DNA from: an uncultured Acidobacteriota bacterium
GTDB lineage: Bacteria > Acidobacteriota > Thermoanaerobaculia > Multivoradales > SZUA-115
Length of the DNA: 64,000 nt
Assembly (NCBI GenBank): GCA_963805975.1
Contig: CAWDVR010000002.1
Location: 800,001-864,000, forward strand
Direction: 5' to 3'
A model generated the notes under the pieces. That model searched no databases. It saw nothing but the letters and a program-made list of their open reading frames with translations, and was not told where the DNA came from. The position numbers and the translations under genes are program-made. Of this stretch, positions 29,876 through 41,252 are shown in pieces. Position 1 is the stretch's first letter; each line of letters opens with the position of its first letter.

Positions 29876-30529
29876 TTATTGCCGCCGCGGCGGATCGGTG
29901 GTGATGAGCAGGCGGCCCGAAGCGTCGCGGACCAGGAACGGGATACGGCCCTTCTGGCTCTGGGCCAGGGTCGCCGCCGGCACCGGCATCTCGCGCCCGT
30001 GGAAGAGCTGGAGCACGCGGCGCACGTAGTCGCGGGTCTCGGGGTAGGGCGGGATGCCGCCGTAGCGCTCCACCGCGCCGGGCCCGGCGTTGTAGGCGGC
30101 GAGGGCGATCTCCACGCGGTCCTGGAAGCGGTTCAGCAGCCACCGCAGGTAGGAGGTGCCGCCGCGCACGTTCTGCTCCGGGTCGTAGGGGTCGTCCACC
30201 GCCATGTCCTGGGCGGTGGCGGCGGTGAGCTGCATCAGGCCCATGGCCCCCTTGTTCGACCGCGCCTGCGGGTTGTAGCCGGACTCGACCTGGATCACCG
30301 CCCGCACCAGCTTGGGCTCCAGGCGCTGCTCCTGGCAGTGGCGCTCGATCACCGTCCCCAGGTTCTCGCCGGGCACCGGCGCGAGCTGGACCGAGTGGCG
30401 CCGGGCGCGGTGCTCGGCACCCTCGTTGGTGATCACCTTGAGCCCGTCCGGCCGCGTCTCGACGCGCACGCCAGCGGCAGCCGGCAGAGCCAGCACCGAG
30501 GCACAGAGGAGGAACAGGCCGCGCTTCAT
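29876..30529 (-). CDS. Soluble lytic transglycosylase (SLT domain)
   Basis: Signal peptide; VIQVESG, GAMGLMQL, ALAAYNAG, IPPYPETRDYV. Confidence 0.92.
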   Translation of the reverse strand: MKRGLFLLCASVLALPAAAGVRVETRPDGLKVITNEGAEHRARRHSVQLAPVPGENLGTVIERHCQEQRLEPKLVRAVIQVESGYNPQARSNKGAMGLMQLTAATAQDMAVDDPYDPEQNVRGGTSYLRWLLNRFQDRVEIALAAYNAGPGAVERYGGIPPYPETRDYVRRVLQLFHGREMPVPAATLAQSQKGRIPFLVRDASGRLLITTDPPRRQ

Positions 30530-30622
30530 CAACCGTTCTTGGTCAAAACCCGATAAGGGAGAAGCATCTTACACCCGCCCGGGGGCCGGGGGAAGGGCGA
30601 GCCGCCGGCTTGGGAGCCGCGC

Positions 30623-33274
<2,652 letters not shown>

Positions 33275-33407
33275 AGATGGTCTCAGAACGTGCCTCTAGA
33301 GCGGACTGTGGAGCGAGCAGGCCGGGCAGTCCGGCCGGAGCAGCAGAGGATAGCAAGGCCGGGGCGACAAAGGCGTCGGTCAAAGGCTCAGCCGGGCGGG
33401 GCCGCTT

Positions 33408-34538
33408 TCACTCCCGCCACTCCACCGCCGGCTCTTCCTCGAGCCGCACGCTCCAGACGGCACGATACAGGGCCGCCGGGGTCAGAGCGACGACGATTTC
33501 CTGGCGGACTTCGTCAGCGGCGGGCAGGCCGGCCGGCGTGGCCCAGGAGCGGCGAGGGGCGAGGAGGGCCGAGAGGGCGACGGGCTGCTCCGCGGCTTGC
33601 CGGCGCAGCTCGATGAAGACCAGGGCCGGGCTCGGCGCGACCCAGCGGTCCGCCAGCCGCCGGAAAGCCGCCCACAAGCCCATCTCCGGCACCTCGAGAC
33701 GGCCATCGCCGAGATCGGCGAAACCCTCGACCTCGGTGGGCGCGGAGGGCAGGGCGACCTCGAGGCGGGCCGGGAAGGGGTCGAGCACCAGCCGCGAAAG
33801 CTCGTCGATCGACATCTCCTCACCGCTCGGCACCTGGAGCACGTCCCACACCTGGAGCATGGCGTCTCCCAGCCGGTCGAGCTCCTCCTCTTCGGTGGCG
33901 TTGAGGGCCGGCAGGCTCCGCTTCTCCTCTTCGCTCAGCAGATCCTCGTAGATCTTCCCGAGGCAGGCGCGGTCGCGCTCGGGATGCTCGTCGAGGTAGG
34001 CGTAGAGGGCCGCGGCCTCGCGCAGGTAGACGGCGAGGCTCTCCGACCACCGGCCCAACGCCTCGTCCACCAGCCGCCGCTCGCGCCGCCCCGCACGGCT
34101 GGAGGAGCCGGGCGCGAGGGTTAGCTCCGCCAGGCCCTGCTCGGCGTCGATGCGGTAGCTGGCGGAAACGTCGGTGGAGCCGAAAAACCTCTGGAGGGCC
34201 TCCGGCTCGGTCACCATCGCCGCCCGGCGCACCGAACGGAGCCCGCCGAGGCGCTTCTCCCACCCGAAGCGCTCGGCCGCCGGCTGGAACGCGGCGAAGC
34301 GGGCAGACCAGGGGTCCGTGCCCTCGAGGAGAGCCCCTTCGGCCTCCGAGAGCCGCCGCTTCACCACCGCGTTGGTCTCGGCCTCGACCGCGGCGAGCTC
34401 CACCTCCGCCGTGAGGCGGAGGAAGCCGTTGGGTGCGAAGTCCAGGTAGAGGGTCTCGCGGATCGCCGGCTCGAAGCAGGAGGCGAGGAGCAGGGCCGAG
34501 GCGAGCGGGAGGAGGGCGCGGCGAGCGGATGTCAGCAT
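33408..34538 (-). CDS. Hypothetical lipoprotein
   Basis: MLTSARRALLPLASALLLASC lipobox; no recognised domain. Confidence 0.7.
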   Translation of the reverse strand: MLTSARRALLPLASALLLASCFEPAIRETLYLDFAPNGFLRLTAEVELAAVEAETNAVVKRRLSEAEGALLEGTDPWSARFAAFQPAAERFGWEKRLGGLRSVRRAAMVTEPEALQRFFGSTDVSASYRIDAEQGLAELTLAPGSSSRAGRRERRLVDEALGRWSESLAVYLREAAALYAYLDEHPERDRACLGKIYEDLLSEEEKRSLPALNATEEEELDRLGDAMLQVWDVLQVPSGEEMSIDELSRLVLDPFPARLEVALPSAPTEVEGFADLGDGRLEVPEMGLWAAFRRLADRWVAPSPALVFIELRRQAAEQPVALSALLAPRRSWATPAGLPAADEVRQEIVVALTPAALYRAVWSVRLEEEPAVEWRE

Positions 34539-34595
34539 TCTCGGATGATACGGCTGGCGGGCGGGCGCCGCGCCAGCCGTGGCCAACCGCTCAGC

Positions 34596-34913
34596 TCACT
34601 GCATCGCGCCGCAGTAACCACCGTCGTCCAGGGAGCCCCAACAGGCGTCACAACCGTCGAAACAGCAGCCAAGGTCACCGTCGTAGTAGTAGCAAACGCA
34701 CACGTTGCAGTTGCACCCGCCATAGCAGCCACCGGCTGACTGCGTCGCGAAGTTGAACTGCTGCTGCGCGCCAGGAGCGCTGGCGCTCCTGCCCGCACGC
34801 GACATGCTGATCTTCCCCGCCTGGCTCGCGGCATCGACGGCCGCCACGCCCAGGAACACCGCCAATACGAACGCCGACACCACTACCAACCAAGCCCGAT
34901 TACGACGCATCAT
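34596..34913 (-). CDS. Small secreted cysteine-rich protein (10 Cys)
   Basis: SD AAAAGGAG 6 nt upstream of ATG; signal peptide; core CYGGCNCNVCVCYYYDGDLGCCFDGCDACWGSLDDGGYC. Confidence 0.75.
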   Translation of the reverse strand: MMRRNRAWLVVVSAFVLAVFLGVAAVDAASQAGKISMSRAGRSASAPGAQQQFNFATQSAGGCYGGCNCNVCVCYYYDGDLGCCFDGCDACWGSLDDGGYCGAMQ

Positions 34914-34955
34914 TTCGGACTCCTTTTCTGCCTTAACAGGCATTAGGTTGGCAGG

Positions 34956-34984
34956 AGCATAGCTCTATTATCCTTGAAGCTCAA
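34956..34984 (-). promoter_or_regulatory. Putative sigma70 promoter of the Cys-rich protein gene
   Basis: TTGAGC-N17-TATGCT on the minus strand in an AT-rich gap. Confidence 0.5.
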
Positions 34985-34987
34985 TAG

Positions 34988-36421
34988 TCAAGGGTCGGCT
35001 CGTGGTGCCGAAACTCGGGCCAGGTCACCGCGGATGTCCCGCGCCAGCCGCTCGGCGGCGGGAGGATCTTCGTTGGCCAGCACGATCACGGTCCAGCCGG
35101 ACTTCCAGTCGCTTTCCAGCGCGGCGTTGAGGCCAGGCGCTCCCCCGGCAACACCGAGCCCGCCGCGGGTACGAAACGGCTCCACCACGCCCAGCTTCCC
35201 GGCCTCGAGCGCACGGGCGAGGCGCCGCAGGTCCTGCGCCGTGGAGTAGCCGCCGCCGGCCGAGGAGCCGCGGCCGGGCAGCGACAGCGCGTTGTCGCGG
35301 CGTGGGGCACGAGGCTCCTCCGGGCGTCTTTCGTTCAGGCGCTCGTCGAGCCGGGTGTAGCCGCGGGCTCGGTTCGGGACCACCTCGTCGGAGGCGAAGT
35401 GGCCGGTGCCGGTCATCCCGGCCGGCCGGTAGATGTGCTCTCGGACGTAGTCGAAGTAGCTCTGGCCGGAAAGCCGCTCGATCACGAGCCCCAGCACCAC
35501 GAACCCGGCGTTCGAGTAGCGGCGGTCGCTCCCCGGCTCGAAAGCCAGCGGCTGGTCGGCGAAGAGCTTCAGGTAGTCGGAGAGCTGGCGGATCTGGTGG
35601 CGGGGAGTGGCGTCGAAGCGGGGGCCGAAGAAGTCCCCCATGCCGGAGGTGTGGTCGAGCAGCCGCGCGATCGTCACCCGTCGCGCCACCTCCGGGTTGG
35701 GGTAGTCCGGCCAGTGGTGGGAGAGCGCGTCGTCGAGCGACAGCTTGCCCGCGGCGGCGAGCTGGCGGATCGCGATCTCGGTGAGCAGCTTGTTGATCGA
35801 GCCCAGGTTGAACCGGGTGTCGACGCGGTTGGGCACCTCGAGCGCACGGTCCGCGAAGCCCACCGCCTTCTCCACGAGAACCGTGTCGCCCTCTGCCACC
35901 AGCACCACGCCCGAGAACAGGTCGTCTTTGGCCAGCGCATCGACCCGGGCGCGGATGGCCGCGAGCGCCTGCTCGCGGGTCAGCGGTTCGGTCGCAACCA
36001 CCTCCGGCGGAGACTGGTCCGCCTCGACCCGTGTTCCCAGCACCCCGAAGGGAGGGTTCGGTTCGAGGTCGAGGTCGAACGTCATCCACAGCGGCTCGTC
36101 TTGCGACTGGAGGACCACCCGCGCCCCGCGCTCACCCAGCGGCTCGACTCTCACCAGGCTCGCCTTGCCCAGGTCGGAAGCGATGCGCGCGAAAGTCTTC
36201 GCTCGCTCTGCTGCCGGCCTCTCGGCCAGCGCCGAGGCGGCGTAGTGCTCGGTGAAGAACCGCTCTGCGGTAGCCGGCTGCACCCCGGCCACGAAGAGGT
36301 CCGCGAGAGCCCGGCCGTGCCGCAGGGCCGCCTCGGAAGCGGTTCCGGCCGCACCGCTCGCCGTGGCGAGGCCGGCCATCGCCAGCACGGCGAGCATCAA
36401 GATCCTGCGTTTGATCAGCAC
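34988..36421 (-). CDS. Serine hydrolase (beta-lactamase/PBP family)
   Basis: Signal peptide; GSINK (SxxK), LLDHTSG, YSNAG, SAGGGYST. Start uncertain (GTG 36421 or ATG 36397). Confidence 0.88.
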   Translation of the reverse strand: MLIKRRILMLAVLAMAGLATASGAAGTASEAALRHGRALADLFVAGVQPATAERFFTEHYAASALAERPAAERAKTFARIASDLGKASLVRVEPLGERGARVVLQSQDEPLWMTFDLDLEPNPPFGVLGTRVEADQSPPEVVATEPLTREQALAAIRARVDALAKDDLFSGVVLVAEGDTVLVEKAVGFADRALEVPNRVDTRFNLGSINKLLTEIAIRQLAAAGKLSLDDALSHHWPDYPNPEVARRVTIARLLDHTSGMGDFFGPRFDATPRHQIRQLSDYLKLFADQPLAFEPGSDRRYSNAGFVVLGLVIERLSGQSYFDYVREHIYRPAGMTGTGHFASDEVVPNRARGYTRLDERLNERRPEEPRAPRRDNALSLPGRGSSAGGGYSTAQDLRRLARALEAGKLGVVEPFRTRGGLGVAGGAPGLNAALESDWKSGWTVIVLANEDPPAAERLARDIRGDLARVSAPRADP

Positions 36422-36596
36422 TTTGTTTGCCTTTCCCCGGCTCCCGTGGGTGGGGCCGGATCGCGGAGGCGGGTTAGCAAGGTAGCTGCCAAGGTTGGCG
36501 AGCCTCGGCAACACGTTGGCCACGCCAACGGCCGGGCATGACTCTCCTCAATTCGGGAGGCGGTTCCTCAAAGAAGGAGCCTGCGCTCCTCGTCCG

Positions 36597-36614
36597 CTGT
36601 CGCACCTCCGTCAC
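36597..36614 (+). promoter_or_regulatory. PHO box upstream of porin
   Basis: CTGTCGC-N4-CCGTCAC direct repeat with 11-bp period. Confidence 0.6.
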
Positions 36615-36733
36615 AGGTCTGCCGCGTAGACGCGGCCGGGCCAGCCTAGCCTCTGCCCGATCCCGCTGCTCCTTCGAGCGGCAGTCAACGCCGTTCAATT
36701 TCGGAACCCGCGATCCAAATAGAGGAGATCTGT

Positions 36734-38119
36734 ATGCGCAAACCAGCAGTGTTCGTCACCTGTCTTCGGGTCGCCATCTTCTGCGCCCTGGCCCTGGCGC
36801 TCGCCGCCTCGCCGGCCGCCCGGGCGCAGGTGGCCGGGCTCTATTACCAGGAGGTCGAAAAGGAAGGCCGCATCTACGTCTTCAACACTCCCGAGCGCTA
36901 CAAGAGCTGGAGCGACTCGGGCGAGCTGGGCACGGCCATCACCCTGGTCGGCCGCGGCGCCAAGGGCGAGACCGTGGTGGCGGAGAACGAGACCGCCGCC
37001 GACCTCTACCTCTTCAAGCACAACCTGCCCGGCTACGAGCGGCCGACCCCCAAGGCGGAGGCGCCCTTCGACAGCCGGGTCTTCTACCGGGACGGCCGCA
37101 CCAACATCGTGATGAAGGCCGGCACCGTGCAGATCAGCAACCGCGTACAGGCCCGCTTCACCCAGACCGACCCCGAGGTCGGCGACGAGGTGGGCTCGTT
37201 CCGCATCCGTCGCATGAAGACGACCATCGAGGGCAACGCCTACAACAACCTGTGGCGCTTCAAGCTGCAGGCCAACTGGGTGGGCGGCGACGTGGTGACC
37301 AACGTCACCCAGGCCGCCAACGGCGCCGTGGCCCAGTCGCGCAGCCGCGGCCCGATCCTCGAGGACGCCGAGCTCCAGTATGCGAAGAACCCGCTCGCCA
37401 CCCTCTGGGTCGGCCAGGGCAAGTCGTTCTTCGGCCGCCAGGAGCTCACCTCCTCGGGCCGCCAGCAGTTCGTGGACCGCTCGATCGCCTCCGACCGCTT
37501 CGCCGGCCTGCGCCAGATCGGCGTCGGCCTCCTCGGCTCCAACCAGGGCAAGACCTTCGAGTACAACCTGGGCATCTACAACGGCAACGGCATCAACACC
37601 ACGGCCAACGACAACGACGACTACCTCTATGCGGGCCGCCTGCTGTGGACGCCCTTCGGTGAGTACCGGCTCGAGGAGTCTTCCCTCGACTACCCGACCT
37701 CCCCCAAGCTCGCCCTGGGCGCCGGCATCTACCAGAACACCACCGGCACCGGTGCCTCGGAGACCGACGTCGATCGCATCGGCGCCGAGGTCGCCTTCAA
37801 GTACCTGGGCTTCAATGCCAACGGCGAGTACTTCACCGAGACCTCGCAGCGCCTGAACGCGGCCGAGGTGGACACCGACGGCTACTACCTCCAGCTCGGC
37901 TACCTCTTCCCCAACAAGAAGTTCGAGCTGGCCGGCCGGCTCTCCGAGATCGCGCCCGACACCGCCTCGCCCCAGGATCGCACCGAGACCGGCGTCGCGC
38001 TCTCCTGGTATTTCGACCGGCACAATCACAAGCTCCAGGGTGACTATCGTCAGGTCGAGGACGACGCCACCGGCCGCACGGACAACGAGATCCGCCTGCA
38101 GCTCCAGTTGATCTTCTAG
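36734..38119 (+). CDS. Phosphate-selective porin (OprO/OprP-like)
   Basis: SD AGAGGAG; signal peptide; SFRIRR, GQGK..FGRQELTSSG..QFVDRS, amphipathic beta strands, C-terminal Phe; upstream PHO box. Confidence 0.8.
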   Translation: MRKPAVFVTCLRVAIFCALALALAASPAARAQVAGLYYQEVEKEGRIYVFNTPERYKSWSDSGELGTAITLVGRGAKGETVVAENETAADLYLFKHNLPGYERPTPKAEAPFDSRVFYRDGRTNIVMKAGTVQISNRVQARFTQTDPEVGDEVGSFRIRRMKTTIEGNAYNNLWRFKLQANWVGGDVVTNVTQAANGAVAQSRSRGPILEDAELQYAKNPLATLWVGQGKSFFGRQELTSSGRQQFVDRSIASDRFAGLRQIGVGLLGSNQGKTFEYNLGIYNGNGINTTANDNDDYLYAGRLLWTPFGEYRLEESSLDYPTSPKLALGAGIYQNTTGTGASETDVDRIGAEVAFKYLGFNANGEYFTETSQRLNAAEVDTDGYYLQLGYLFPNKKFELAGRLSEIAPDTASPQDRTETGVALSWYFDRHNHKLQGDYRQVEDDATGRTDNEIRLQLQLIF

Positions 38120-38153
38120 CGCCGATTCCCTCTCTCCAGAAGGATCCATGCGA

Positions 38154-38179
38154 GGCCCCCGGCGACGGGGGCCGTTTTT
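38154..38179 (+). terminator. Rho-independent terminator after porin
   Basis: GGCCCCCG-GCGA-CGGGGGCC followed by GTTTTT. Confidence 0.8.
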
Positions 38180-38255
38180 CGTTGACACTGGGCCAGGCCA
38201 TAGCACTGCGTACACTGGGCGAGTCACCGACACCGCCCTGCTACCATCGCCGGGA

Positions 38256-39170
38256 ATGGGCAATCTCCTTCTGCTCGCAGTCTGCCTGGTCGCGGGAGTC
38301 TGCCTGCACGCGCTCCGCGTCGTGCCCGCCGACGGTCACCGGCCGCTCAACCAGTACGTGATCTACGTCGCGCTGCCGGCGCTGGTGCTGCAGCACGTGC
38401 ATGCGCTCGAGGTCGACCGCAGCCTGCTCCTCCCGGCGCTGATGCCGTGGCTGGTGTTCGCCGCCGGGACGGCGCTCTTCCTGCTGCTGCTGCGCGCCGG
38501 CGCGATCTCGCGGCCGACGGCCGGGGCGCTAATCCTGACCTCGGCACTCGGCAACACCTCCTTCGTCGGCCTGCCGATGATCGAAGCGTTCTACGGCAAG
38601 GATCTGTTGGGCGTGGGGGTGATCGCGGACCAGCTCGGCACCTTCATGTGCCTCAACGTGCCGGGCATCCTCCTCGCGGCGCGCCTCGCCGCACGGAGCG
38701 AAGAGGAGGCGCGTGCCGGTGCGATCGCCAGGAAGATCCTGCTCTTTCCACCGTTCCTGGCCCTGCTGGCCGCGCTCGCCCTCCGACCCGTGGACTACCC
38801 GCCCTGGGCGGGCTCCCTCCTTGGCCGGCTCGGAGACTCGCTGACCCCGGTGGCGCTCGTCTCGGTGGGCTTGCAGCTCCACCTGGGCGAGCTGCGGAGG
38901 CGGTGGCGAGACCTCTCGCTCGGCTTGGGCTACAAGCTCGCCGTGGCGCCGGCCCTGGCGCTGCTGGTCTTCGGGCTGCTCCTCGGCGCCCGCGGCCCCG
39001 TGTTCCAGGTCACGGTCTTCGAGGCCGCCATGGCGCCCATGCTCACCGGCTCGATCGTGGCCCAGGAGCACGACCTCGACCCGCCGCTCGCCGCTTTGAT
39101 GGTGGGCGTCGGCGTGCCGATCTCGTTCCTCACGCTCTGGGGCTGGGCAAAGCTCCTCGAGAGCTTCTGA
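38256..39170 (+). CDS. AEC (auxin efflux carrier) family transporter
   Basis: YVALPAL, GNTSFVGLP, P.AL.SVG, EAAMAP; about 10 TM. Confidence 0.9.
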   Translation: MGNLLLLAVCLVAGVCLHALRVVPADGHRPLNQYVIYVALPALVLQHVHALEVDRSLLLPALMPWLVFAAGTALFLLLLRAGAISRPTAGALILTSALGNTSFVGLPMIEAFYGKDLLGVGVIADQLGTFMCLNVPGILLAARLAARSEEEARAGAIARKILLFPPFLALLAALALRPVDYPPWAGSLLGRLGDSLTPVALVSVGLQLHLGELRRRWRDLSLGLGYKLAVAPALALLVFGLLLGARGPVFQVTVFEAAMAPMLTGSIVAQEHDLDPPLAALMVGVGVPISFLTLWGWAKLLESF

Positions 39171-39182
39171 GGCGGTGCTCTC

Positions 39183-40518
39183 CTACCCCACCGCCCCCTC
39201 CTGGCCGCGGGTCTCGACGCGGCGCAGGTAGGCCAGGAGCTCGGTGAGCATGGCGGCGGAGACAGCTTCGCGCCGCGCCGCCTCCTGAAAGAGGAGCAGT
39301 GCGGCGGTGGCCTCGCGGTGAACGTCCTGCGCCATGAAGATGGGCACCATCTCCTCGGCGAGCCGCTTCACTTCGGCGGTGCGGTCCTGGTGAACGTAGA
39401 GGAGAGCAAGGTCGAGGCCGGCTAGCGGCTGCGTCGAGCCCAACCCTTCGCGCAGGAAGCCTTGCCGAACCTGGGGAAGAGACTTCGGCCGTCGCCCGTC
39501 GCCGAGTTCCGTATGCGACCTTTGCCCAGCAGCCACTGGCGGCGGAGCTGGGTCCAGAGGTCGGCGAACCGGTGTAGAGGGAGCCGTTGCGCTCGAGACG
39601 TTCGCCAGCCTCCAGTAGCCGTCCCGATTCGGCCAAGTACATGGTGAGGTTGTGCTGCGCACAGAGATGGAGCTTGGGATTGACGCCTGGGTCGATGTGA
39701 GACAGCGCTGCCTCGACGGACGGGATCGCGCGAGCAGTCTCGCCGGCGTTGTACAAGACCCTGGCTCTTCTCGATCGAGCACCTTCGCGAGGCGCAGAGT
39801 GGAGCCGGATCCTCTCGTAGATGCCCTTCGCCATGTCGAGGTAGCCCTCGGCATCTACGAAGCGACGCTGGTCCACTCGCAGCGCGACCCGAACAATGTC
39901 CAGCAGCTCACCTTCGACCAGCGGGTCGGCATTACCTTCGCCGTCGAAGATCTCCAAGGCAAAGGCGAGCAGCGAATCCGCACGCTTCAGGTCTCCCGTG
40001 GCTCGGAGCGCATTGGCGCGATGGCCATGGGCCCGCGCCAGGCAGGTCATGGCCCAGGCGCGGCCGAACTCGGAGTGCGAGATGCGGAGCGCCACCTCGA
40101 AGGCGCACTCGGCGAGCTCGTAGGCCTCGAAAGGGTCTGCCGTGACCTTCCGGGCGCACTCGGTGAGGAAGAGGTCCACCAAGGCCGGGGTGCGGAAGCG
40201 GGTGAGAGCGCGGGTGATCTTGGGCCGGCGCTTCTCGGGCGGGAGCTTCATCAGCTCCTGGAGCTCGGCCGCGGCCTCCGCCTCGATCTCGCCCAGGCGC
40301 TCCACCCGGCGGCCGGCGAGCATGAGGGCGTGGTGGACGAGGCCGGTGGACGAGGAGGGTCCGCGGTACCTTCCTCCGACCCCGGCCGAGAGCTCGGCAC
40401 GGCACGCGTCACAGATCTGCAGATGGTGCTCGATCAGGTCTTCGAGGACGGCCCTGGGCGGGTTCTGGCCGCCGAGCAACGCCAGGTACTCCTGGTAGCC
40501 GAGGTGCGAGCGTGCCAT
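39183..40518 (-). CDS. HxxxCxxC zinc finger + TPR protein (several frameshifts between about 39420 and 39810)
   Basis: SD GGGAGG. N-terminal HLQICDAC; TPR helices (ANALRATGDLKRA, HNLTMYLAESGRLLEA). Continuation pieces sit in other frames: STLRLAKVL, RFADLWTQLRRQWLLGK, LDLALLY...EMVPIF..QDVHREATAALLLF. Confidence 0.75.
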
Positions 40519-40605
40519 GGACCTCCCCTGAGACCCGAGCCGAGTTGAGCGGAATCGCCACTTGTGTAGTTCGCGAGAGCCTATTCGCGAGCCGCTGCAA
40601 GATCA

Positions 40606-40639
40606 AGAGGCCGGCACCAAAGTACCGGCGCCGGCCTCT
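40606..40639 (-). terminator. Hairpin between the peptide gene and the TPR gene
   Basis: AGAGGCCGGCGCC-N8-GGTGCCGGCCTCT followed by TGATCTT on the minus strand. Confidence 0.55.
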
Positions 40640-40706
40640 CCACCGCGCAGAAGACATCCGTTCCAGGAATCAAGTTTCGGCCGATCTTCCCCGGCCATTG
40701 GCTCAC

Positions 40707-41030
40707 TCAGCCGTGCGGGTCCATCTCACAGCCTTCGTTGAGCCTGTCACCGGGAGGCGTAGCCGCGCGGCCGTTGGGGTCCATCTCCGGCCCGAAAGTG
40801 AGGAAGTCACCGGGAGGCGTCGCCGCGCTGCCGTTGGGGTCCATGTCCGGCCCATTCTTCGTGGCTGCGGGGAGCAGGCGCGCCTGAACCCACTGCACGA
40901 GATCTCCCAGCAGGCCGGAGATCACTCCTTCCGCGCCGATCCCCATCCCTCGTGGTGCCGCCAGGGCCGGGGAAGCCCCGGCAAGGAGAAGACCTCCGGC
41001 GAGAGCTACGCAAACCATAATGCGACGCAT
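40707..41030 (-). CDS. Secreted repeat-peptide precursor (3x G-x-[DE]-M-D-P-[NH]-G)
   Basis: SD AAAGGAG before ATG 41030; signal peptide ending ALA-A; repeats GPDMDPNG, GPEMDPNG, GCEMDPHG*. Confidence 0.8.
   Translation of the reverse strand: MRRIMVCVALAGGLLLAGASPALAAPRGMGIGAEGVISGLLGDLVQWVQARLLPAATKNGPDMDPNGSAATPPGDFLTFGPEMDPNGRAATPPGDRLNEGCEMDPHG
40710..40853. repeat. 60-bp tandem repeat (about 2.5 copies) inside the precursor gene
   Basis: The lines at 40741 and 40801 align (gtcaccgggaggcgt.gccgcgc.gccgttggggtccat.tccggccc); partial third copy at 40710-40733. Confidence 0.9.
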
Positions 41031-41252
41031 GGCACGCTCCTTTTTTTCGAGGCCGGCCCGCCGAACGGCACCATGCCGGTCGCGACCGCAACCTCTTTGA
41101 CGCAAAGATTGCCGTGCGCAGAGTGTAACCTTCAGACGTAACTTCATTCCTCCAACGGCGTCATAGGCCCGGAAATGTACTTTCTCCAGGGCTGAAGTTG
41201 CTGCCACGGGAGGGCGGGTTCCGCGAGGACGAAAAACTTGGAGTGGCCCGCT

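Noticed and set aside
40710-40853. Possible mini-CRISPR
   Set aside because: The period is 60 nt in frame within a coding ORF, the 'spacers' are conserved, and no cas genes are present.
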